Positions 1-12,700 of a DNA stretch of 64,000 bases are shown piece after piece. The stretch covers positions 1,112,218 through 1,176,217 of the forward strand of contig NMRA01000015.1 in NCBI GenBank assembly GCA_002633005.1. Reading direction: 5' to 3'. The first letter of the stretch is position 1. Each line of letters starts with the position of its first letter. The position numbers were made by a program, and so were the translations under genes. A model generated the notes under the pieces. It was not told where the DNA came from. It did no database searches and saw only the letters and a list, made by a program, of their open reading frames with translations. This DNA comes from Phoronis australis. Taxonomy: Eukaryota; Animalia; Phoronida.

Positions 1-2354
1 ACAGAAAATTTGTACTGTGAACAAAAGAAGGGAAGTTACACTTTGATTTATTTGACAGCATTTTCAACACCTTTGATAACAATTGCATTGGTCAGTTCAA
101 GAAAAGTCATTTGATATTTTTATCAAAATGTATTTTCTTCTATTTTAAGTTGCATATTACATACTAAGTACTTGAATACAATTGCAACTATTAGTCAATG
201 GCACTTGCGATGTGGCATCACAACAGTGTAGCAAAATTAAAAACAATATGTCCTAGGGATAATTATTGTTTTTTTAAATTAAACTTTGCCATATATTTGT
301 ACCCCGGGCATAAAAATATTTCCAGGTGATCAGTGCAATGGGCCCACATGCGAGGCCTGCGCACGTGTGGTACAACGTGTATCAGACGCCTGCAATTATT
401 TATTTTATTATATATTTGCACCCCGGGCATGTGCGTAAGACATAAAGGTTTTGCTTGCCGATAGCTGCATTGTGATAGGATATTCTCCTTCAAATGTTGC
501 ATAGTGATTACATTGTAGTAACTCTACACTGGGTAATTAACTCATTGTCCAATTGTGATTATAAGTGTCAAAATTGATTGATAGTTTGCCAGGGTTGTTT
601 TTGATTGAAAAATCATGTAGTTCTTAATTCATTTCCTAAATGTAAATTGACACAACAGAAAACACTTGCTTTCTGGACGTCAAATTCAACTCTGTACCTT
701 TGAGAAACGAAAGTGGTATTCTTGGGCAGATTAGCCCGAAGTCTATAATTACATATTCGCATGCGAGTGAGCTGTGAAATACTGCTGGAGTTCTAGCCAC
801 TAAGCCGTCACATCTCATTTATTTTGCGCCAAATAAATGGAGAATTACCATTGTCTCGATTCTGTCTGTGATTTGCATGTGTCCCATTGTCTGTTAGACA
901 TACAGTTTGTATGTCAGCCATTACTGAAACAAAAGGGACTTGCTGGTAAGAAACGCAGTCAGGTCATAGGTATTTCAAAAATAGAGACATCCAAAATGGG
1001 TTTCCCCAATTTCTCAAGGCATCCATGAGCAATGACTTGTGACAGTATATTTTTATGACTTCAAGTCAAATACTCCTGGTGTTGTAGTATCAGTGGCTCT
1101 TCAAATTAGAACATATTGTGGAAAAGAAACAGTAAAATTTCCTTTATCAAAATTTTCAGCAAGAGTGAACAAGAAGGCAGTTTAACTTGATTTTTTCTTA
1201 CTGACAGTACAACTGTCATTAAGAAATAGACAATGAAATTTGAAAACTTTTGTCAACACAGTGAGCATTATTTTGTAAACTTTTGGCAACACAGTGAGCA
1301 TTCATTGAAAAATTGGAAAAATGATAATTTTGGCCATTATTTTTGTTCAAACATGAAGTAATTTTACCTTATATGTAATATCGACCAGAAGTAATTTCGC
1401 ACGTCAATTACTTAATTCTGCACGTTGTTACGGCCATTTTTCTCACCGTGACTGGCTGTGTTAAACATCACACAAAAATGTTCAAGTGGTCAGGCGATAC
1501 AAATGTAATTATCATTCTCGACGCAGGGCATGAAAATTATGTTATAAATGGAAATGTAAAAGCACACAGGCATAGTATCATGACCAATACAAATTAAATT
1601 ATTGTATAATTTTAGTGCGCTGTCCGATCAAAACTCATTTTGTTAGCTGTGTTAGCTAATTTTGTTCTCAGTGGAACTTATCGACTAATGGTAGATGTTA
1701 AGTTTATCTTTCACCCGTATTGAATGTTTTTCAAACAATGGAAAAACGGTGTATTAACTATGGAGGTCAATGATCTCTTGCTTGTGAGATATACAGTAAA
1801 AGCCAAAAGAAATCGGACAAAATACTATTTCCAAATTATGATGGTTAGTTCTGCCTGCAGATTGTTTTCGGTTATTTCCGGATGTAAATGATGGGTAATG
1901 ACACGTCATCCCGGCTGTAATCTTTTTCTCACAAACTTCCGTTGATGGTAAATTGTATATCGAGTAACTACACCATATGTCAACAACTTGATTATTGTCG
2001 TAGTTTGTTACCCTAGCTCTAAGTTTACTGATGTCACTGAGGAAACCATGTTCTTAAAAGTATTTTGCTTTAGCTTTCGATCACTGAATGTTTGGTGTAT
2101 TTTCGATTACAGCACGTAACGGACGCTGTTTAAATGCGGTATGAGACCAGCGCCTACATACAACTCAGTGGTCGTAAAATCACCAAGAACAAAAACTGTG
2201 AACTTTTGCAAAATACGCACATAGCATCAATCATTATCCGCAGACAGGAAGATTGTCCTGGTGAATGGAGTTGCGCAGTTTGCAAGCACAACCACCCCAA
2301 GTGATTAATTTGCGCTTCTTAGTGTCACCCACGCGTAACATCTTTGAGCATGAC

Positions 2355-2465
2355 ATATGATTCATTGGAATGCATGTTTCAATGAATCCAATGAACCAGA
2401 AATGAAGTGCAATGATTCAAGGATTCATTGGATTCAATGAAGCATGCACTCCAATGAATCAAATG
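2355..2465. repeat. Short inverted-repeat (hairpin) element
   Basis: tgattcattggaatgcatgtttcaatgaatccaatgaacc ... ggattcattggattcaatgaagcatgcactccaatgaatca; the two arms are imperfect reverse complements. Confidence 0.7.
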
Positions 2466-2759
2466 TGAAGAAAGAAGATTCATTGACGTTTGAGTCAGGA
2501 GAGTACGCAATAATTATATCACACTGCATTGAATTTAAGAAATAAAACTTGAATATTAAGGTAATTCTGGTGCAACTTCCAACAGAAATGGCTGACTTTC
2601 AAAATAGCCACACCTTATTGATATTAACTTACCCTGCCAGACAGTGGTGAGATCTTTGGTGGTCAGGTGTGCACCGCCACTTACAGGTCCCGTTTAATGC
2701 GAATGGGAGGTTTCTACCTACTGGTATCAACAGTGTTTCAACACCTTTCCTACTGTCAA

Positions 2760-2935
2760 AATACCACTGCTGTGCAGTGGGATACCAATGCCTCACGAAA
2801 AAAGGCAAGCCTTTTGAAGTATCAGTTGATGAGCAAGGACATTCTGTTCCATACATTTCCCTCTGCGAAGATGTATCCGGGACATAGCCAGTGGCTGCAA
2901 CTTATAAAGCGGGAGAATTTCGATCCCAACCGATG
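2760..2935 (+). pseudogene. Degenerate THAP-domain fragment (DNA transposon remnant)
   Basis: Frameshifted translation gives HCCAVG / TNASRKK...KDILFHTFPSAKMYPGHSQWLQLIKRENFDPNR, matching the THAP pattern C-x-x-x-C...FH.FP...W...I.R..F.P. The CxxHF end is missing. Confidence 0.55.
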
Positions 2936-3503
2936 TCTAAAAATAGCTAAAAAAATAGTGGACTTAAACTAATAAAACAATGATAGGGTCTGACAGTTGA
3001 CTTTATTCCTTTGCTACAGTGATTAAGAATAATGGGATTTTTGTGTTTTCTTTTAGTTTGCACTACATTATTTTAGTAACATCATTGTTACATTATTATA
3101 ATTAATTTTATTTCTGTATCAGGCATTGGGGTCTTGGGCCATATAAGTTCCACTGACTGTTTCTGCAGATTTTGTTTTGAGTTAAATTTCCCGTCATTTT
3201 CCAAAATAGCAGCAATGTATAGAAATAAGCTTTACCGCTAGATGGCACTGGAGTACTTTGTGTTCACTTGTTCAGTGCCAACTCCACTTTACCTGTTACT
3301 TAGGTGGAGATTTAAGGGGGTGATGTATAACAGTCAAATTGAATTTTCATAAATTTTTTGCAATCATGCTGTCAAATAACCTCTGTTGTCGTGATATACT
3401 CAATCATATGTTAAGCGTAAAAACCCAACATCGCAAAATGTCTGTGAATGAAATAAATTGCCTTTTGTTTTGTTCAACTGTTGCGGCCTGTGTTGCGCAT
3501 CAG

Positions 3504-3652
3504 GGCCTGATTGCATAAAAGTTATACGCTGCATAAAAACAATGATGTCGCATTATCACGCGCCACGTTGTTATTGTTGAACAATGCACTTTAAGTCATG
3601 CAATAATCAAACTTATCCAGCAAATAATTTTGAAGTTTTATGCAACCCAGCC
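3504..3652. mobile_element. Harbinger-type MITE
   Basis: Imperfect TIRs GGCCTGATTGCATAAAA / TTTTATGCAACCCAGCC with a 3-bp CAG target duplication on both sides. Confidence 0.6.
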
Positions 3653-3752
3653 CAGATTTTTGAAATTTAGTGTTCTCTAAATGCTAATTGTTGCCATATG
3701 TCTGCTATTGCCTGAATACCTTTGAGATGGAGTGTAATCTGTTCATTTTCAG

Positions 3753-6700
3753 GCGTTTGGCGCGAAGCCTGGGTGAAGCAGGTGCGATTGAGCCAGAGAC
3801 GGAGGGAATGTTGGTTGAGAATGGTGTGGAATTCGGAGAATTCTCACAACAAGTAAGATTTTTGATCACACAGATTTTCAAACGTAATAATTTTGTTTTT
3901 TCTCTTGAACTGTTGATTGCACTAGGTTTGAGATCAGTACAAATTTGCAGTAGTTTTGAGATCAATATAAATTTGCACTAGCTTTGAGATCAATAAAAAT
4001 TTGCACTAGGTTTGAGATCAATATAAATTTGCACTGGCCAGGGTTGTTGATCAATATAAATTTGCAAATTTAATTAAATCACATCCACTTTGTTGTGCCT
4101 ATCAGCACAACTTCCAGAATGGAATTTATTGCTGCGTTTAGAAAAACTGACCAATTGTGATTATTTGAGGAAAAAAGTTATTGAAAAGATGATCAAGTTT
4201 AATTTCTACACAAAAACTCGCAACTGGCACTCAGTTTCTCAAAAATTATTTCAAATAATTGTAGGTCATTCTCCTAGCTATATAGTCAAGCTGTAAATAA
4301 CAGTGTAACAGTTATTGATATTTAAAATATTACACATGTTCTTGTATCTAGTTTTTACTTTTTCGCTATAGGCCTTGGACTGTCTACCCAAAGACCTCCC
4401 ATGGACAATTCCTGTTGAAGAGATTAGTTCGCGACGTGACTTCCGGCAGGAGTGTGTGTTCACAATTGACCCTGCAACAGCTAGAGATTTAGATGACGCA
4501 TTGTCGTGCAAAAGCCTTGACAATGGTTGGTTCATTCATTATTCTGAGTATTTGTAGCAACATTAACAAGACAATATTAAGTTCTATGGAAGGGTCATCT
4601 ATTCCTAATCAAAATTCCTAATCAAAATTCTAGGTCTGATTTCGCTTTCCCATCAATACCTCCGGTTCATAGCAAATCCACCACAATGCCACTCATGTTT
4701 CCCATTGACTGACGATGTCGGAGTTACCCGGCTTAGTTCTCTGATTTAAACACCAGTTGACATATTTGAATCATATTTTCGAACTAATGGATTCGAGATT
4801 AATAAACATCTCATCAGTGTTATCCTCTGTCAGATTTCTGTTATCATATTACATTACGTGCGATTATTGAGAGTCAGTATTGAAAGGCGTGGGAATGGCG
4901 ACTGTCTGGTTGAGTTTCACTTGATTGATGTGGCGCCCTCTTGTGATTACTTCAGCTGAAGTGGAGTTAACATTCCCACCGAAGTGGAGTTGTGCAATTC
5001 TGTGTTTTATTCTATCTATTTTGAGAAGAGTCGCAATGGCTTATTAAGTATGAGACCCTTCTCCACAGAGCCAATCTTCGCAAAAAGGAGAGCTGTGGTG
5101 TAGATTGGGAATTGACAAAAGATTCTATATGGGGTTCTAGTTTCAAGCACTATATGAAATTGTGACATACTGTAATAAATAGTTGTTAAATGAATAATAC
5201 CAATGTGGAAATGTAGATTGCATGCCACCTGTTGGCCACATCATGTGACCTATTGGCGCATTTCAACACTCCGCATTGCTCTTGTGTAGACACAGTTTGC
5301 AGAAAGTCCGGTGTTCAAATCCCAGTTGGGGCAGAAATCTTTTCCGACTTATTTTTCATGAGGTCAAGGGATGTGGCCAACAGGTGGCGTGGAGACTAGA
5401 CTCAAAAATGCTTGCAGCAAATACTTGTTTGTTTATTATCTTAAATAAGTAGTCAACCTTTTGCTTAAGACTAACATAGTGTATTACCCCTTTGTATTCT
5501 TGAACAAAGCAATAACATTTTACTGAGGTTGTGTTTAGAACAGAGACTTTTTCTTGGAAAGAAGTGAAATGAAAAGAGCAATTTAGGGTTGAAATTGGTG
5601 CAATTAAAAGTGGATATCTTGTGTTGCTTTTATTGCTTCCAAAGTTGTTATGGTAAGAAATTCAACAATCTTTTGAACTTTTCCGTTTCAGGTTGTTATG
5701 AAATCGGTGTTCATATTGCTGATGTCAGCTATTTTGTGGACCAGTACTCAGCTCTAGACAAAGTGGCTGCTTCCCGAGCAACCAGTGTTTACCTTGTGCA
5801 GAAGGTAAATGGTGTTGATGAGTGAGGAGACAGCGCCATCTAGTGGCAGTGTTCCACTTGTGTAACTAGAGTTTACCTTGTGCAAAAGGTAGTGTTGAGG
5901 AGTGAGGAGACAGCGCCATCTAGTGGCAATGTTCCAGTTGTGTAACTAGTGTTTACCTTGTGTAGAAGGTAGTGTTGAGGAGTGAGGAGACAGCGCCATC
6001 TAGTGGCAGTGCTAACATTTAGGCAGGGAACCAACCAAGCTAGCGTATACCTTGTGTAGAATTGTCTGTTTAAAGCAGCTCTTATGTTGGATATTCATAA
6101 ATGATTTGGTTGATGATTTCTCTGAACATCCCATCAGTGTCGAGGACCGCCGGGATTTCAAATCACAGTCATGTAGTTTGTATTTGAGATTGTACTGAGT
6201 CATCGTTTAATTTTGAAGAAACCTTGGTGTGTTCCTTGAGCAACTATAGGCAGATGTCACTTGGTTGTTTCCTTGTCTTGCTAAGTACTTAGAACCTTAT
6301 AATTCTATATCTGCGTGTATGAAGAGTTACTTATAGCAGTAAAACTTTCACCTACTCCAGGTCATACCGATGTTGCCTCGTCTACTGTGCGAACAGCTAT
6401 GCAGTTTAAATCCTGATGAGGACCGGTTGGCATTCTCTGTCGTGTGGGAAATGGACGAAAATGGCAAGGTAATAATGCATTTCAGATGTCTAAATAAGTC
6501 TTGACAGTTTTCAGATCTAAGATTTAAATTGAATTACAAACCTTGAATCATGGATCAATATTTCATGCTTGGGTGATTTTGCATTTCAAATTTAATCATA
6601 GAATTATAAACAGTTGTTCCCGTATTTCAATTTTTATTATTTGTTTTAAAAATCGAAGTTTAAAACCTGAAATGTTATGACTATCAATTGAAAAACTCTA

Positions 6701-9700
6701 TTTTAATTTTGAAATAAAAAATTTGAAATGAATTTTTATTGTCAAAATGAAACATTCCAAGGTTCGCCGTGCCAGTCCTTACTTTGGAATTCTTAACCCA
6801 AATCAGATTGGTTGAAAGGTTGTACAACCTTCATGGCCATGCCAATCCTTACTGAGCAATTCTTAACCCGAATATGATTGGTTGAAAGGTTGCACAACAT
6901 TCATGGCCATGGCAGATAGTTTATTTTCCTACTAAATGTTTGTTTGTTCAATTTTACGTTGGCAGAGGTATTGTTTTATAACTATTCTAGGTTTCAATAT
7001 TCAAGTTCAAAATGTAAATTGAAATGGAACCATGCACATGGATCCAGATGGCTTTTTGACGAGTCCATTTAAAATCTCAAATACTTGTGGAATGTCATAT
7101 ATTTATATTATGGGTTACGGCTGTCCTCCATTTATTAAGCAAAAAATAATAGCCAAAACTCGCATTTTTTTATTTTTCAAAAGTTGGTTACTTTACTGCG
7201 AACGATTGACAAATCACCAGTGGTTGTTTTTGACATCTACACAGTTCAAAACATGCTAGTAGTAGACTAGAGAAATTTGATTAAATTTCACTTGTCGGCC
7301 ATATTGTGTGAAGAAATACCGTGTTTGATAAAGAAACTATCAAAAATTTTATTTTTTTTTAATTTATGACAAGGTATCATTTTGTGTTCATCAACCCTCA
7401 TGTTTGCAGTGTTCTTTCTTGTATCCAGTAATGTAACTAGTTTTTGCTGTGGAAATTGTGTTGTCCGTCTGTTTGTCGCTCTCACTGTCAGTCTGTCTGA
7501 TATTGGGATAGATAATGGTGAAACTTCTTCTATTGCCTGGATGTTTATGAAACCTTGCTGTGATATGGATATCAAACACCTTTGTCATATTTTCATGTTT
7601 GATTTATTATTAACAGTGATGCAGCCTTTTTAAAAATAATGAAGCTTTGAACTTGTTTTAAAGTTTAAACGTTTTGCGCAACAGGTAAAGACTTACAGAC
7701 ACATTTATGGCACCAATTGATCCAAATTTAGCCATTAAAGTCGCATGCGCATTCATTGCTGTAATTCATATTGTCAGCAATGCAATTGGAACATTTTTAC
7801 TTCACTGTGTTGCTTTTATTCACAGCTAAAGTCTGAATGGTTTGGTAGAACAGTGATTAGGTCATGTGTGAAGCTGAGCTATGATCACGCGCAGGTAAGA
7901 TGTGTAACTTTTCCAAAACAAGAGTGCTCACTCAGTGGACATTTGTTGCCATATGTTGCTTTATAAACTCATGTAATGATCAGTGCGTGGCCAGGTCATG
8001 CGTGAAGTTGACCTTTCATCACGGGCAGGGGAGATAATACAACTACTTCAGTGAGTAATATTAAGAAGAACAGCGCAGAAAGCATAGTATGTGAAAGTTC
8101 TGCATGAATCTCAAAAACCCCATTTGCGAATGTGTGAAAAATATCAGCGCCATCTTCAGATTTTTTTAATAAAAGAGTACAGGGTGTGTACTTTGTAAAT
8201 ACAAATTTATTTATTCATACCGATTCAATTTTTAGTAAAACATACTCACACTGTGTAACAAGGTATCATATTGAGAACTTGAGGTTTAAAAGTTGAACTG
8301 TACTTTTCCAAGAAAGCTAGACAGCAGTCTTGGAATTTTTTAATTATTTACCCAAATTTGCTCGAGGTTGTACTTCAGGATTATTGGTGATCACTCTTTC
8401 CCTGAGTACTATAGGTAAAACTGAGATTTCAAGAGATTTTGAATAAATAGGTTTTGATGAAAACATGAGAAATTATTCAGCCTGAATATTTTTTGAGTTA
8501 CGTGTAATAAGAGGGACTGAGTTTAAGTGTTCACAGGCTGAAATTGATGACGTAGGGGTGCTTTTAGTCAGTGTGTGCTGGCCTTAAAAGTAGTCAGATT
8601 GCAGACCAGAACCAAATGCTTTTTGTCCTTGGGCGAGGTGTGGCACATTTAAAGAGCATTATAAATCGTACAGGGCGCTCAACTTTGTAATTAAAAATTC
8701 ATACTTGCTATTGAATTGCTGTGAATTAACAGTAATTGATTAGGAAGGAGACCTCTCTTAGTGAACTTTCAATGATTAGAAAATTGTACAATTGAGCACA
8801 TCCTGAGGCATTGTAACACTGATGATGTGGTTTACCAACAGAGGTCTCTTGCTTATTCAGAAAATCAAAACAACAACACTTGTGCCAGGTGCCTAAGACA
8901 GGTCATTGACAGTGCGCTTCGCTTTGGCAACCAATTTGCAGGAAGTGAACTATTTTACATGCAGGCTATAGTGCTGGATATTAATAAGATAATGATAGCT
9001 TGCATTGGTTACATAATAACTGAAAATGCAATTCATTGATACAGCCTACAACAAATACACTGGGCTATGAACTACAGTCCAGGAGTCATCCCCTAGGCAC
9101 CTGATGTTTGATTGACAGGCACCCTACTTTGAAACTTTTACAGTTAGATTATTATATAATGTGCTTACAGTTAGTTCTGTGAAAGAAATTGTTAATAATC
9201 ATTGTGGCTGATTACATTTGTTGTTCAATAGAATTAAGATTATATTGTACTCTTGGTCAAAATGAGAAAATCTTTATCACATAAAATTACAAACTTGTCG
9301 TTGTAATTCTGTGATCAGTGCATGTTATACGTGACAACTTTTGTACAATAATTCTCCATCAGTTTCACACAAAAATAAATGTCAAAATGGTCATTTTTTC
9401 CGTTTTTCAAAGGCCGGTTACCTTTTTGCAAATAATGTGAGTTTCACCAAATATTGTTTTATGAGATCTACACTCTACAATCTATACCAGTCCTGTAATG
9501 TTCTTGATCTTAATTTTTGTGGAGAAATTTAACAATGAAAATAGAGTTTCATTTGTCAGCCATATTGTACAAAATAAGGTAATAATTACAATAGCTACCA
9601 CTAACGTGTTCAAGAATGTGTAAACAATGATTTGCAGAGTCTGGTCTCTTGACAATATTAAGTTTTATTTCAGATGGTAAGGAATTTAATTAGCCAGCAA

Positions 9701-12700
9701 CTTTGTTTTTAGTCTCAAGAAAACTGCCCTCTGGTGCCTCTTTCCCTAACTTCTGAAGTCACCCAGTGTTGTTGAAATTGTGTCAAAAATCAAAAAGACA
9801 TGTTTAAAGTTGTACTTTGAAGTTGTCATGAAGAAAAACTAAGTGAAGAAATTTCAGTATTTAAGAAATGTAGCCAGCAATTTTAATACAAATCTTGTTA
9901 TACGCTAAATTGAAAAGGGGAGTTGATATCTGGAAGCATGTCAGAAGATATGTTGCTGAATGACATTTTTTAACCTTCAAGTTGGCTACTGCAGCTGTGA
10001 TTTTGTTAGCTGAACAATTTCTAATTTGACCAACTTTACCTGTCTGAGTTCATGGTAACTTGAAATCTGAATTGATTTCTCGTCGTCTGCTCTTGGATAC
10101 AACTGCGTTAAGCAATTAATTTTTGTGCTTTCATCACCAGTCATCATACATTCATTTTTTAACACCACAAATGCCATGCAGTGACCCAGACATACAATAA
10201 CATGTGTTTTGCATATCACATTTAGATTGATTATCTTGAGATTGCTTCAGAAGTTGAAATAAATTGCCTTTTAGGCATGTTATTGTATTTGCGGTACATG
10301 ACAATGCTAATTTAATATATACACTCACGGATGTTGTGAATGGGTCTATTGGAGCTTGTCAGTTTCAAGTCAATAAAACTACTTTGGCAGTTATGTTGCT
10401 GTCAAATTCCTTGATTAGATTGGAATACTAATTACCANGTGTATCAGAGGGTGGAGGATATTCCATGGCCACGTCTCTAAATTTCCACTGTGATCTCTGA
10501 AATCCTAGTCTCTGCCAGCAAACAACCGTGTAAATTTCACCTGTGTCTTTGAATTCCACCACCCAATGACAAAACTCGACACACAGTGACCAAACTCCAC
10601 ACCAGACTCCTCAAACCATGTTGTGGGTACAGAGTCTAATCTTTTTACTCGAGATCGAAGTTGAAGTCTCAGTATTTGTGGCAGTTGCTGATTCTACTTT
10701 GTGTAATTTCTGTACGAGTGTCTATTATTCTAAACTTGAGTACATAATGGCTTTATGTAGGTAGTTATCTAATCCTTGTTTGCTCTTAATGACCAACCAT
10801 GAGGGTAAAAGTCAGAAATCTCAGTTTTTTCCTTGACTTTTTAGCTCAAGTCTATTGGTTGTCAAATGCAAACCTGGAAAATAGACTCTTATCTCGATTT
10901 TGCACAAAAGTAGAACAGAGAATACCAAAAAGTAATTTTGAGTAGAAAGATTTGACCCCAGCCTCAGGTGTGTAGCTTGGCCATTGGGTGTGGAGTTTGG
11001 TACCTTGCCGTGGACTATTTATATGGGTATGGACTTTTTACCACAGATTTGCTGTTTGCTGGTCCAGGGATAGGGTTTAGGGAGCCAAAATGGAGTTGCG
11101 GCCTTGGAATTGTTTTCACTTGTTGAGTTTGGGATTTAGCGACTTTTAACCTTCAGTCTGTCACCTGAAACAATTTTAGTGTCCAAAACATTGTCTTAAT
11201 TTTCAGTTATGCAACTTAATCCCATAAAATTGGTTTCAATTTGTAAAAGGCTCAAACTTGACTGAAATGATGTTGGGCGTGAGAAAATGGCTCAGACTAG
11301 ACTGAATTGATGTTGGGCATGAGAAAATGGCTCAGATTAGACTGAAGAGATGTTCAGTGTGAGAAAATTGCACAAACTAGACCAAAGTGATGTTGGGCGT
11401 GAGAAAATGACTCAGACTAGACTGAAGTGATGTTGGGCTTAAGAAAAGGGCTCAGACTTGACTGAAGTGATGTTGGGCTTGAGAAAATGGCTCAGACTAG
11501 ACTGAAGTGATGTTGGGCTTGAGAAAATAACTGAGACTTGACTGAAGTGATGTTGGGCTTGAGAAAATGGCTCAGACATGACTGAAGTAATGTTGAGCTT
11601 GAGAAAATGGCACAGACTAGACTAAAGTGATGTTGGGCTCGAGAAAATGACTCAGACTTGACTGAAGTGATGTTGGGCCTGAGAAAATGGTAAGTTGATC
11701 TCAGTTCGTCACAAGCCATGACAAAATTCAGCAACTTTTTCAGACGTGATGGGTTCTGAACGTCCCATAACATCTGGCTTCTTTGTTAACTGCCCAGCAC
11801 AGTCTTTTATCCCGTATGACAACATGCAGGCCAATTATCTCCCAGGCTTCAAAGGGTTACTGAAACCTGGCAGAATGGATTGTCTTAACTTCTGTTGTAG
11901 TTGGGTGATTTTGGTGATTCAAAAACAAAACATGATCAGCATTTGACAAGGAATTCAGAACTGCTATTTGTTTATGTTCAAATGTGCTTAAATATCACCA
12001 CATATCGAGCGATGCAATCTGTAGCACACCATTGAGAAAGAGCGCATCGCTCGATACGTGGGGATAGTTTAATATATTTTAGTACCGACGCTCATCATTT
12101 TAGTTTTACTAGTTTTACTATTTTGTATTTTTATTCGTTGGTAACTGCATGGCATTGCAACATCTATTTGATTTCAAGTATGTTATAACTTAACTTTCAT
12201 TTTTGGCAGCACAGCCCAGTCAGGCTAGATACGATCTGATCTGAGATTAGAGCAATTATCGAACAAAAGAGAGCCGGCCCTCCAACCATAAATGCCAGAA
12301 TGGAGTTAATCAGTCGTGTAAGATATCCGCTACAGGGGTGATCTTCCCAGCTTGATATTGGGCTATAGAATCGAACAAGTTGAGAGCAATGGGAAAACGC
12401 CGTAATGCCGGGCTTCACTTGTAGTTTGTATTGAGACAGGTTTTATAGTGAGTTGTAGGACATTTCAAAAGACTTGAGTTTTTATCAAAATAAAAACTGA
12501 TGGAGGCGAGTGTATTGAGGATTGTGGGGTTTTGAAATAATACAAAAGTTGAGTGTACCATGAGACATATGGCCCCATCCCCTGGAACAGCTACTACTGT
12601 GGTGGATGTGTCTATTAGTCACCGTGGGTCTGTGAGTCACCATGGGTCTGTGAGTCACCATGGGTCTGTGAGTCACCATGGGTCTGTGGGTCAATGTGGT

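Noticed and set aside
2629-2856. Minus-strand 75-aa ORF with a good donor as a nested gene exon
   Set aside because: The opposite strand gives a better explanation (THAP relic), and I found no partner exons.
5270-5340. tRNA gene
   Set aside because: Only a B-box-like gtgttcaaatcc is present, with no cloverleaf or convincing A box.
11251-11690. CRISPR-like regular array
   Set aside because: The whole 40-bp unit repeats with no unique spacers, there are no cas genes, and the context is a eukaryotic intron.
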